NCBI GenBank assembly: GCA_938009335.1
Contig: CALLHT010000194.1
Location: 1 to 37,111 of the forward strand
Source of the DNA: an uncultured Rhizobiaceae group bacterium
GTDB lineage: Bacteria > Pseudomonadota > Alphaproteobacteria > Rhizobiales > Rhizobiaceae
Reading direction: 5' to 3'
DNA: 37,111 nucleotides
Numbering within the stretch: position 1 is the first letter of the stretch; the number at the start of each line of letters is the position of its first letter. Below the pieces are notes generated by a model. It saw only the letters and a list, made by a program, of their open reading frames with translations. It was not told the origin of the DNA and did no database searches. Below are positions 8,764 to 16,589 of this stretch, piece by piece. The translations under genes were made by a program, and so were the position numbers.

Positions 8764-8781
8764 TGTCCAATTATGAATACA
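8764..8781. promoter_or_regulatory. PpsR/CrtJ-type operator palindrome TGTCCAATTATGAATACA overlapping the crtI start codon
   Basis: Exact TGT-N12-ACA. The crtI ATG (8773-8775) lies inside the N12 spacer. Confidence 0.55.
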
Positions 8782-10317
8782 CATTTTATTCCTGACCAAG
8801 ATGCCGGACTATCCGAAAATCACGGAAAGCCGCATGTTATTGTCATAGGCGCGGGTTTCGGCGGTTTGGCTGCCGCGATCAGACTTCAGGCCCGTGGTTA
8901 CCAAGTCACCATTGCGGAGAAGCTTGAGCAAGCAGGGGGTCGGGCCAGCGTGTTCCAGCAAAATGGCTTTATCTTTGATGCGGGGCCAACGATTGTAACG
9001 GCTCCATTTGTTTTCGAAGAGCTTTGGGAAATGTGCGGAAAGCGCATGGCGGATTATGTGACGCTTGAGCCGCTTGATCCTTTCTATCGGATTCGGTTTG
9101 ATGATGGTGATGTCTTCACCTGCAACGGAGATGCAGACTTCATGCGTTCAGAAGTCGCTCGTTTCAATAAGGACGATGTCGCGGGGTACGACCGTTTTTT
9201 GGAAGAAAGCGAAGAGAACTATAAGATCGGCTTCGAGATGATGGGAACAGAGCCGTTCTCCAAATTTTCAGATATGTTGCGTTTTTTGCCGCAATTGATT
9301 TCTCATCGCGCAGACCGCTCCGTTTATGCGCATGTTGCCAAACACATCACCCATGAGAAGCTTCGCATCGCGCTGAGTTTTCATCCGCTATTTGTCGGAG
9401 GTAATCCTCTCCGCGTTACCAGTATTTACAGTTTGATTGCATACTTGGAGCGCAACTGGGGTGTTCATTATGTGATGGGTGGAACCGGCGCATTGGTTGC
9501 GGGCATGGTCAAACTGTTTAAAGAGCAGGGTGGTTCGCTATTGCTGAATTCACCCGTCGATCGCGTGTTGATTGAACATGGGACAGCAAAAGGTGTCGTA
9601 CTCGATGGGGGGCGGGAAATCGATTCCGATTTGGTGGTTAGTAACGCCGATGCCGCGTGGGGCTATGAGAACCTTTTGGGTGGTACAGCGCCGAAACGCT
9701 GGAAGCAGCAGAAGCTCAATCGGATCAATTTTTCGATGAGCTTGTTTGTCTGGTACTTTGGTACAGATAAACAATACGAGAATGTTGACCATCATACAAT
9801 TCTGATGGGGCCAAGGTATCAGGGTCTCTTAAAGGACATTTTTGACAACAAGGTATTGGCTGACGATTTCAGTCTATATCTGCATCGGCCAACCGCGACA
9901 GATCCGTCAGTGGCCCCGGAAGGGTGTGATTCCTATTATGTATTGGCGCCTGTTCCGCATTTGGAGGCGGATACAAATTGGCATCAGGAAGCGGAGAATT
10001 ATCGTCAACGCATACAGGATCGGCTTGAAGAGACCATTATGCCGGGTTTGGGAGACCATATCGCCGCGTCAATGATCATGACACCGAATGATTTCAAGCG
10101 TCGCCTCAACGCTCCCTTTGGTGCTGCATTTGGGCCAGAACCCATCTTCACGCAAAGCGCGTGGTTCCGGCCGCACAATGCCAGTGAAGAGGTGGACGGG
10201 CTTTATCTGGTGGGAGCGGGAACGCATCCAGGTGCGGGTCTCCCCGGCGTTGTCACATCGGCAAAGGTTCTTGATCGCCTGATCCCGCATGCCAGCGAAT
10301 TTGTTCGGGCAAAGTGA
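8773..10317 (+). CDS. crtI: phytoene desaturase
   Basis: FAD-binding VIVIGAGFGGLAAAIRLQARGYQVTIAEK...GGRA, length 514 aa, immediately followed by crtB. Confidence 0.93.
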   Translation: MNTHFIPDQDAGLSENHGKPHVIVIGAGFGGLAAAIRLQARGYQVTIAEKLEQAGGRASVFQQNGFIFDAGPTIVTAPFVFEELWEMCGKRMADYVTLEPLDPFYRIRFDDGDVFTCNGDADFMRSEVARFNKDDVAGYDRFLEESEENYKIGFEMMGTEPFSKFSDMLRFLPQLISHRADRSVYAHVAKHITHEKLRIALSFHPLFVGGNPLRVTSIYSLIAYLERNWGVHYVMGGTGALVAGMVKLFKEQGGSLLLNSPVDRVLIEHGTAKGVVLDGGREIDSDLVVSNADAAWGYENLLGGTAPKRWKQQKLNRINFSMSLFVWYFGTDKQYENVDHHTILMGPRYQGLLKDIFDNKVLADDFSLYLHRPTATDPSVAPEGCDSYYVLAPVPHLEADTNWHQEAENYRQRIQDRLEETIMPGLGDHIAASMIMTPNDFKRRLNAPFGAAFGPEPIFTQSAWFRPHNASEEVDGLYLVGAGTHPGAGLPGVVTSAKVLDRLIPHASEFVRAK

Positions 10318-10326
10318 TGGGCTATC

Positions 10327-11349
10327 ATGGCTAGGAAGTTCACCTCAGACCATATCGCGGAATGTCGGCAGATCATAAAGGAAGGGTCTAAGAGTTTCTA
10401 TTTCGCATCCCTTATGCTGCCTGCCCAAGTGCGCATGGCCGCGACCGCACTGTATGCCTTTTGCCGGGTGACGGATGATATCGCAGATGAGGGTGGTGCC
10501 ACTCTCAAATCCATAGAAGAATTGTCTCAACGTCTTGATCTTGCCTATGCAGGAACCCCTTTTGATCATGCTGCTGATCGTGCTTTTTCTGAGGTTGTGC
10601 ACCACTTCGATATTCCAAAGGAAGTCCCAGCCGCCCTGATTGAAGGGTATGAATGGGACATTCAGGGAAAATCTTGCGAGACGCTGAGCGATGTTATCGA
10701 TTATTCGGCACGCGTGGCTGGAACTGTTGGCATAATGATGAGTATTGTCATGGGACGGCGGATTGATACAACGCTCGCACGTGCCTGCGATTTAGGTGTC
10801 TCCATGCAGTTGATCAATATTGCGCGCGACGTGGGCGAGGATGCTCGTAACGGGCGAATTTACTTGCCCCGCGAATGGATGAGGCAAGAGGGAATTGATC
10901 CAGAAGAGTTTCTGGCCAATCCCGTTTTTTCAAGGCCATTGGGCAATGTTGTGGAGCGGTTACTGGATGTGGCTGATACAATTTACGAACGCGGAATGAG
11001 TGGTGTCTTAAACCTGCCGTCTTCCTGCCATTTGGGTATCCGTTCAGCGGGCATGGTATATGCGGAGATTGGTGCGAAGGTTCGCGAAAACGGCTGTAAC
11101 TCAGTCGACACCAGAGCGTACACGACCAGGGGGCGAAAACTTGGATTGATGCTCAAGTCAGCAAGCGCTCCGTTTTCTGCGCTAGAGTGCGATCCATCTC
11201 CGTCGTTAGAAGAAGTACAGTTTCTGATTGATGTCGCGGCACGTGACCGTGATACAGCCTTCGGCGATGGCGAATGGATATTGGAATTGTTTGCAGAAAT
11301 GGAACGGCGGGATCAGGCATATTTGCAGGCCGCGCGGTCTGGAATCTAA
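10327..11349 (+). CDS. crtB: phytoene synthase
   Basis: SKSFYFASLMLP...LYAFCRVTDDIADEG and DVGEDARNGRIYLPREW, the squalene/phytoene synthase signatures. Confidence 0.93.
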   Translation: MARKFTSDHIAECRQIIKEGSKSFYFASLMLPAQVRMAATALYAFCRVTDDIADEGGATLKSIEELSQRLDLAYAGTPFDHAADRAFSEVVHHFDIPKEVPAALIEGYEWDIQGKSCETLSDVIDYSARVAGTVGIMMSIVMGRRIDTTLARACDLGVSMQLINIARDVGEDARNGRIYLPREWMRQEGIDPEEFLANPVFSRPLGNVVERLLDVADTIYERGMSGVLNLPSSCHLGIRSAGMVYAEIGAKVRENGCNSVDTRAYTTRGRKLGLMLKSASAPFSALECDPSPSLEEVQFLIDVAARDRDTAFGDGEWILELFAEMERRDQAYLQAARSGI

Positions 11350-11365
11350 AAGTTGGATTGAATAG

Positions 11366-11833
11366 ATGGATTGGGCGCTTCTTTTCTTTGTATTTCTGAA
11401 TGTCGTTGCCGCAATGAGTGGCGGCTATTTTACGCCGGGCGAGTGGTATGAAGCGTTAGAGAAACCATCCTGGCAGCCGCCAAAATGGGCGTTTCCGGTT
11501 GTCTGGTCAGTTTTATATTTATTGAACGCGATTGCCGGCTGGATGATCTGGATGAAAACGGGTTTCGCGGGTGGCGGGTTCCTTGCTTTGTTGGTCTATG
11601 TCAGCTCGCTTGTACTCAATGCCGCATGGTCCGGTATCTTCTTTGGCATGAGGCGGATGCAGCTGGCCCTGTGGGAGGCGGGAGCACTCTGGCTTTCCGT
11701 CGCACTTCAAGTATTCCTGTTCTGGCAGATAGAAAGTTTCGCCGGACTGATCCTTTTGCCTTATCTGGTTTGGGTAACAATCGCGTTCTGGCTAAACCGC
11801 ACAATGCTGAAACTAAACCCGTCATTTGCGTGA
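11366..11833 (+). CDS. tspO: tryptophan-rich sensory protein TspO (CrtK)
   Basis: WYEALEKPSWQPPKWAFPVVWSVLYLLNAIAGW, 155 aa, five TM segments, canonical position after crtB. Confidence 0.9.
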   Translation: MDWALLFFVFLNVVAAMSGGYFTPGEWYEALEKPSWQPPKWAFPVVWSVLYLLNAIAGWMIWMKTGFAGGGFLALLVYVSSLVLNAAWSGIFFGMRRMQLALWEAGALWLSVALQVFLFWQIESFAGLILLPYLVWVTIAFWLNRTMLKLNPSFA

Positions 11834-11842
11834 GGATATCCA

Positions 11843-11983
11843 ATGGGAAGTTTGATCGGTATCATCGAATTGGCAGCCGTCTTTGGTCTCGTGATTGCCT
11901 TTGGAATATGGCAATTGCGTAGCTTGGACAAACTGGACCGCGAAGATGCAGAGCGCGAAGCGAAAGAACAAAATGAGCGATAA
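11843..11983 (+). CDS. untracked 46-aa single-pass membrane protein, unknown function
   Basis: MGSLIGIIELAAVFGLVIAFGIWQLRSLDKLDREDAEREAKEQNER. GAGGA (11832-11836) overlaps the tspO stop and lies 6 nt before the ATG. One hydrophobic helix is followed by a charged tail. It falls below the ORF-track size cutoff. Confidence 0.45.
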   Translation: MGSLIGIIELAAVFGLVIAFGIWQLRSLDKLDREDAEREAKEQNER

Positions 11984-11985
11984 TT

Positions 11986-13047
11986 CTATCTTCTACGCGG
12001 CATTCTAAACGGAAGCAGGCATCGCACCCAGTTGCGGGAAAAACGATCCAGATCTAAGCTCTCGTGAACAGAAACGAGACGTTCTCCAGAAATTTCAGAC
12101 TGAATTTGGCTGCGGGTATAAAAGGGTGTGTCTTCCAGCATCGAAAGCGTTTTGACACTCGTGGTTGCGTCCGCAAGCGTATGCCTACGAACCTGCCAAA
12201 TGGGCCCATTGGATAATCGGGTCCGTGGAGGAATAGCTTCTTCTTCAATGCTTCCATCTTTATTGATCGATAAAGAGAGCTGCTTGTTCGTTCCATTGCG
12301 CGTGAACGCATCATAGAGAATGCGTGCGCCGTTCTTGGTGTGAGCGCGTGACCAATCCCAATAGGAAAATCCTTCTTCCAGTGGTTCGTTTCCCCAGTTG
12401 CAATCCATATACCCATTGCCTGACCAGGACATAGACGGGTTGGAGAAATCCACTTCCACACGGCTCACGGCCCCAAACGGTTGCCAGTAATGCTTCCCAT
12501 TTTCATCAAGTTGAAACGGTTGATCAATCAGTGCAGATGGCCAGATTTTGATTGTGCCTGTCACTTTGCGTGGGATGGGATTAGCCCATTCATCCACATG
12601 AATGGTGAGGCATTGACCGTCCCATTCCAAGTTTGAGGGGCCCATTTGTAACGAATGCCGCTCTTGCTTAAGGGACGTTTTCCCGCGTTCAGTCAACGTC
12701 CAGCGTTTTCCAGCTTTGCCGTAAAGACCAACGTTGAATCCAATGTGGTTCTGGGGATCATCCCGCCCGGACCATGCATAGTAAGGCGAGAATACAGATC
12801 CAATCATCGCGATGATAGAGAACCCATTGTCGCCATCGTCACTGATTGCATCGGCATACCACCAGCCATACCCTTGAGGGGGAATCTCTAGGTCAAAGCG
12901 TGGTCCTTCATGATCTGCTCCGCGGCGATCATTCCCGAAAGCGTCGCCATTGGTACGCCCGCTCCCGGATGCACGCTCCCGCCCGCCAGATATAGGCCCG
13001 GTATCTTGGTTTTTGCTCCCTCGCGTTTGAACGAAGCCATCCATCCG
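11986..13047 (-). CDS. crtC: hydroxyneurosporene synthase (acyclic carotenoid 1,2-hydratase); start codon uncertain
   Basis: FDLEIPPQGYGWWYADAISDDGDNGFSIIAMIGSVFSPYYAW is the conserved CrtC N-terminal region. The only in-frame ATG/GTG/TTG upstream of it is ATG 13047, which is 160 nt inside crtD. Confidence 0.8.
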   Translation of the reverse strand, partial: RMDGFVQTRGSKNQDTGPISGGRERASGSGRTNGDAFGNDRRGADHEGPRFDLEIPPQGYGWWYADAISDDGDNGFSIIAMIGSVFSPYYAWSGRDDPQNHIGFNVGLYGKAGKRWTLTERGKTSLKQERHSLQMGPSNLEWDGQCLTIHVDEWANPIPRKVTGTIKIWPSALIDQPFQLDENGKHYWQPFGAVSRVEVDFSNPSMSWSGNGYMDCNWGNEPLEEGFSYWDWSRAHTKNGARILYDAFTRNGTNKQLSLSINKDGSIEEEAIPPRTRLSNGPIWQVRRHTLADATTSVKTLSMLEDTPFYTRSQIQSEISGERLVSVHESLDLDRFSRNWVRCLLPFRMPRRR

Positions 13048-14393
13048 TGTGAGGCCCTCCCGTAGAGCGCGCCGCCCGACCCCGGAAACAGGTTCTCGAA
13101 GTCCGATGGCTGTGTGATTGCCGACTGGTGGGGCGTTATGTTCAGTCCGCAATTCGAGAGGCTTCTTGTCATGTTGCGTTGGCATTGCTCCAACTCTCTT
13201 TCGTTAAGGCGGTTTACATCGCCATTTGCAGGTGAGTTGATAAGGCACATCAACCGTTCCGTTGGGTCTGAAAGCGTTCCATCATCGCCGCGATCCTGTG
13301 CGCACATATAAACTGTAGGCTGTGTAGGGGCGTAACCCCGCTCGAAGATGGAGTCGAATTCTTCGCGATAATCTTGCGAGAAAAAGACATTGTGCTGATG
13401 CAGTGGGAAGCCTTCCGCTTTGGCTTCCATTGACCAGGTTATTGCAGACAGAGATCTTTCCGCAGGCGCAACAGGTTTTGGTGTGCCATTGGAGGTTCCG
13501 ACGAATTCTTCGCTGAGTGCAGAAATATCTCCACAATAAAGGACACGCTTTGCCGTAAGCATTTCGCCTTTATCGGTAACGACACCACATACTTTGTGAC
13601 GGTCCATGAGAAGTCTAGCGACGGTTTCGCCTTGCCTGATCTCGGCCCCCTGTTCTTCTGCGAGCATTTCCATTGCCTGAGCAAGTTTATGCATTCCGCC
13701 GTTGATGAACCAAACACCTTCCTGTTCCACATGAGCGATTAGCATCAACGTTGCAGGCGCTTTATAGGGGGAAGACCCCACATAGGTCGCATACCTTCCA
13801 AATAACTGGCGAAGTCTGGGGTCTGGAAAATACGCGTGTAATTTTCCCATCAAAGACGTAAAGGGTTGTAACTGCCAAAGTTTCCGAACGTTCAACAGGC
13901 CTACGCGGCTGCCAAGTTGCAGCGGAGAAGGGCGTGAGGCACCAATGAATGTGTCTTTCAGCGAATTGAAGATGTTCTCAGAATCACGGCAAAATGTCTG
14001 AAAGCCTTCTGCACATTCCCGCCCGAAAAACGTTCCGATCTCATCGACAGTCTCTGCTTTTGAGGCGTGTAGATCGAAACTTCCTGAATCATCCCATGCG
14101 TGCCGCGCTAAAGTTTTTGCCTTTTTCAAATCGAGACATTGCTCGAAAGACTTTCCCGTTTTCCTGAACAGTTCATCGAAAACGTATTTCATTGTGAAAA
14201 CGGTTGGTCCGGAATCAATGCCACCAAGCGCGCTTGGCAGCTCGCGCATTTTCCCGCCGGGGTAAGGCTGACGCTCAATCAAGAGCGCATTCTCACCGCT
14301 GGAGGCCAAGGAAATTGCAGCGGCAAGACCGGCCATGCCGGCACCAATTATGATGGTTCGATTTTGTATCCTGACCTGTGGATCAAGTTTCAT
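12888..14393 (-). CDS. crtD: hydroxyneurosporene/methoxyneurosporene 3,4-desaturase
   Basis: RTIIIGAGMAGLAAAISLASSGENALLIERQPYPGGK (FAD fold), CrtI-family length, paired with crtC and divergent from crtE. Confidence 0.9.
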   Translation of the reverse strand: MKLDPQVRIQNRTIIIGAGMAGLAAAISLASSGENALLIERQPYPGGKMRELPSALGGIDSGPTVFTMKYVFDELFRKTGKSFEQCLDLKKAKTLARHAWDDSGSFDLHASKAETVDEIGTFFGRECAEGFQTFCRDSENIFNSLKDTFIGASRPSPLQLGSRVGLLNVRKLWQLQPFTSLMGKLHAYFPDPRLRQLFGRYATYVGSSPYKAPATLMLIAHVEQEGVWFINGGMHKLAQAMEMLAEEQGAEIRQGETVARLLMDRHKVCGVVTDKGEMLTAKRVLYCGDISALSEEFVGTSNGTPKPVAPAERSLSAITWSMEAKAEGFPLHQHNVFFSQDYREEFDSIFERGYAPTQPTVYMCAQDRGDDGTLSDPTERLMCLINSPANGDVNRLNERELEQCQRNMTRSLSNCGLNITPHQSAITQPSDFENLFPGSGGALYGRASHGWMASFKREGAKTKIPGLYLAGGSVHPGAGVPMATLSGMIAAEQIMKDHALT

Positions 14394-14462
14394 TGTCTAA
14401 AACTTTCAGACTTTCTCTTGCAATGCATTGAAGTTTCGTAAATAATTTCATACAAATCAAGG

Positions 14463-14480
14463 TGTCTAAAAAAATAGACA
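14463..14480. promoter_or_regulatory. PpsR/CrtJ-type operator palindrome TGTCTAAAAAAATAGACA in the crtD/crtE divergent region
   Basis: Exact TGT-N12-ACA, 15 nt upstream of the crtE ATG at 14495. Confidence 0.65.
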
Positions 14481-14494
14481 TATTGGAGGAATGG

Positions 14495-15364
14495 ATGGAA
14501 GCCGGTGCTAGAATAGAGATTTGCTTGGAAGAAGCCGTGGCAAGTGCTTCAAGCAAACCGTGTCCACCGCTTTTGGCGAAAGCAGTTCATTACGCAATAT
14601 TCCCCGGTGGCGCGCGCGTACGTCCGCAGCTAACGGTTTCAGTAGCGTCCGCATGCGGCGACGCAGATAGCTCTATCGCAGATCATGCAGGCGCAGCCAT
14701 TGAACTGTTGCATTGCGCTTCATTGGTTCATGATGACCTTCCTTGCTTTGATGATGCGGCCATTCGCCGGGGACGTGAAAGTGTTCACGCGCTTTATGGC
14801 GAACCCCTTGCCGTGCTTGTTGGCGATGCCCTGATAGTGGAAGCCTTCAATACACTGCAGCGAGGCTGCCAAAGAGATTTAAACAAATTAGGTCCGCTGG
14901 TTTCTTGCATTGCGGGAGCCGTTGGAATGCCGGGTGGTATTGTTGCGGGCCAGGCTTGGGAAAGCGAACCAAAAATCAATGTGCATCAGTATCACCGCGC
15001 AAAGACGGGCTCCCTGTTTGTCGGCGCGGTGGCCGCGGGTGCCATAGCCGTGGGTGAAGATCCGCAGCCATGGTGCCCGCTCGGTCAATTTATCGGAGAG
15101 GCCTATCAATTGGCCGATGACCTTTTCGACGCAGCGGGAAGTGCGGAAGAATCCGGAAAACCTGTTTTACAGGATGTAAACAACGGTCGTCCCAACGCGG
15201 TCGCTAAATATGGTATCGATGGTGCAATGAAGCGATTGAAGGAGACAGTCGGAAACGCAGTGGATGCGATTCCTGATTGTGAAGGAGGCGAAGAGCTCCG
15301 GTCTTTGATCCTTGCTCAAGCGACGCGTCTAGTGCCTTCCAAGCTGGCTAAGTCAGCTGCATAA
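14495..15364 (+). CDS. crtE: geranylgeranyl diphosphate synthase
   Basis: Polyprenyl synthase motifs LVHDDLPCFDDAAIRRG and QLADDLFD. ATG 14495 follows GGAGGA (14485-14490). The tracked GTG 14462 would lie inside the operator. Confidence 0.9.
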   Translation: MEAGARIEICLEEAVASASSKPCPPLLAKAVHYAIFPGGARVRPQLTVSVASACGDADSSIADHAGAAIELLHCASLVHDDLPCFDDAAIRRGRESVHALYGEPLAVLVGDALIVEAFNTLQRGCQRDLNKLGPLVSCIAGAVGMPGGIVAGQAWESEPKINVHQYHRAKTGSLFVGAVAAGAIAVGEDPQPWCPLGQFIGEAYQLADDLFDAAGSAEESGKPVLQDVNNGRPNAVAKYGIDGAMKRLKETVGNAVDAIPDCEGGEELRSLILAQATRLVPSKLAKSAA

Positions 15365-15380
15365 CGAGTAGGGCTTAGCA

Positions 15381-16493
15381 ATGGGCCTTTATGATCTTTG
15401 GCTCGATTTTCGTGAAAGATGTTTAACGTCACCTGCCTTTCACAAATTTGCTTTGGATTTTCCGCTAACGCGCCCGATTGTTCGAAAACGCCAGTCGGAG
15501 GTTTTTGATTTCGTATCCGGTTTTGTCTATTCGCAAATTCTATATGCATGCGTAAAGCTGGGGCTGCTCCACCACGAGAAAGTTAAGGGAAGAGGGGCAA
15601 CGCTTGCTGAATTGTGCGAGGTGACCGGTTTAGGCGCTGATGAGATGTATCGGCTGGCCCGTGGAGCGGCTTCAATGCGTATTCTACAGGAGCGTCATGA
15701 TCGGTTTCGTTTGGGGGATCTGGGAGCTGCCCTGTCGCAGAACGAAGGTGCCTGCGCCATGATCCTGCATCATGATGCGCTCTACAAAGACATGATCGAC
15801 CCAATCGCCATGCTTTCTCAAGGGCGAAAAGAAACGAACCTATCAAGATACTGGGATTACGCCCTAAACATTGATCCGACCCAAGTCAGTGAAGAGGAAG
15901 TAGCGGAATATTCAAACCTCATGAGCGCCAGTCAGCAAGACGTCTCAGAAGAAGTGATTGCTTCGTTTGAGTTTGGCAACTTCAACCAAATGCTGGATAT
16001 TGGCGGTGGGCAGGGAACCTTCGCAACCAATGTTGCCCGATATTGTCCGGAGCTTGAGGTTGGTGTGTTCGATCTGCCGTCGGTGGTAAAGAAGGGTAAG
16101 CAACGCCAACAAACCGGACAAACCGATCCCCGGATTAATTTTACAGGTGGCTCGTTCTTTGAAGATGAACTGCCAAAGGGGGCTGATCTTCTAACCCTGA
16201 TTAGAATCCTCCATGATCATGATGATGAACCTGCCCGCAAAATCATAGAGGCTGCCTATGCTGCGCTTGGCCCCGGTGGAACTCTTCTAATCGCAGAACC
16301 CATGTGTACAGGTGGGCATGCAGGAAGGATCTCTGATGCCTATTTCAACTTCTATCTATACGCAATGGGGAGTGGGCGGCCACGAAAACCCGAAGAGCTT
16401 CAAAGCATGCTCAAGGCGGCAGGTTTTGCTTATGCAGAACGTAAATCGACACGTTCTCCCTTCACATGCAGCATAATAATTGCACAAAAGTGA
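15381..16493 (+). CDS. crtF: demethylspheroidene/hydroxyneurosporene O-methyltransferase
   Basis: Class I SAM methyltransferase with a dimerisation domain (MLDIGGGQGTF...LIRILHDHDDE), 370 aa, directly after crtE. Confidence 0.85.
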   Translation: MGLYDLWLDFRERCLTSPAFHKFALDFPLTRPIVRKRQSEVFDFVSGFVYSQILYACVKLGLLHHEKVKGRGATLAELCEVTGLGADEMYRLARGAASMRILQERHDRFRLGDLGAALSQNEGACAMILHHDALYKDMIDPIAMLSQGRKETNLSRYWDYALNIDPTQVSEEEVAEYSNLMSASQQDVSEEVIASFEFGNFNQMLDIGGGQGTFATNVARYCPELEVGVFDLPSVVKKGKQRQQTGQTDPRINFTGGSFFEDELPKGADLLTLIRILHDHDDEPARKIIEAAYAALGPGGTLLIAEPMCTGGHAGRISDAYFNFYLYAMGSGRPRKPEELQSMLKAAGFAYAERKSTRSPFTCSIIIAQK

Positions 16494-16526
16494 AATTAAG
16501 AGACTGATCAACTTGACAAAATAATA

Positions 16527-16544
16527 TGTCCAAATAATATGACA
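16527..16544. promoter_or_regulatory. PpsR/CrtJ-type operator palindrome TGTCCAAATAATATGACA upstream of bchC
   Basis: Exact TGT-N12-ACA, immediately downstream of TTGACA (16514-16519) and covering the expected -10 region. Confidence 0.65.
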
Positions 16545-16589
16545 CATTCAGGGAGCCCATATTTTGCACTAAGCGAAGGTTGGGTACGA

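Noticed and set aside
11485-11922. 145-aa plus-strand ORF overlapping tspO in another frame and running across the small-ORF region.
   Set aside because: It is out of frame with the clearly conserved TspO, and its Arg/Cys/Gly-rich translation is not protein-like. The 46-codon ORF with its own SD explains the downstream part better.
12888-12960. Programmed -1 frameshift producing a CrtD-CrtC fusion protein.
   Set aside because: The crtC frame is indeed -1 relative to crtD, but I found no X-XXY-YYZ slippery heptamer and no downstream structure in the last 70 nt of crtD. It is kept only as a remote alternative in the crtC finding.
14394-14411. A sixth possible operator next to the crtD start: TGTCTAAAACTTTCAGAC (TGT-N12-GAC).
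   Set aside because: The right half-site is GAC rather than ACA. It may be a weak partner site for 14463-14480 but does not meet the motif definition.
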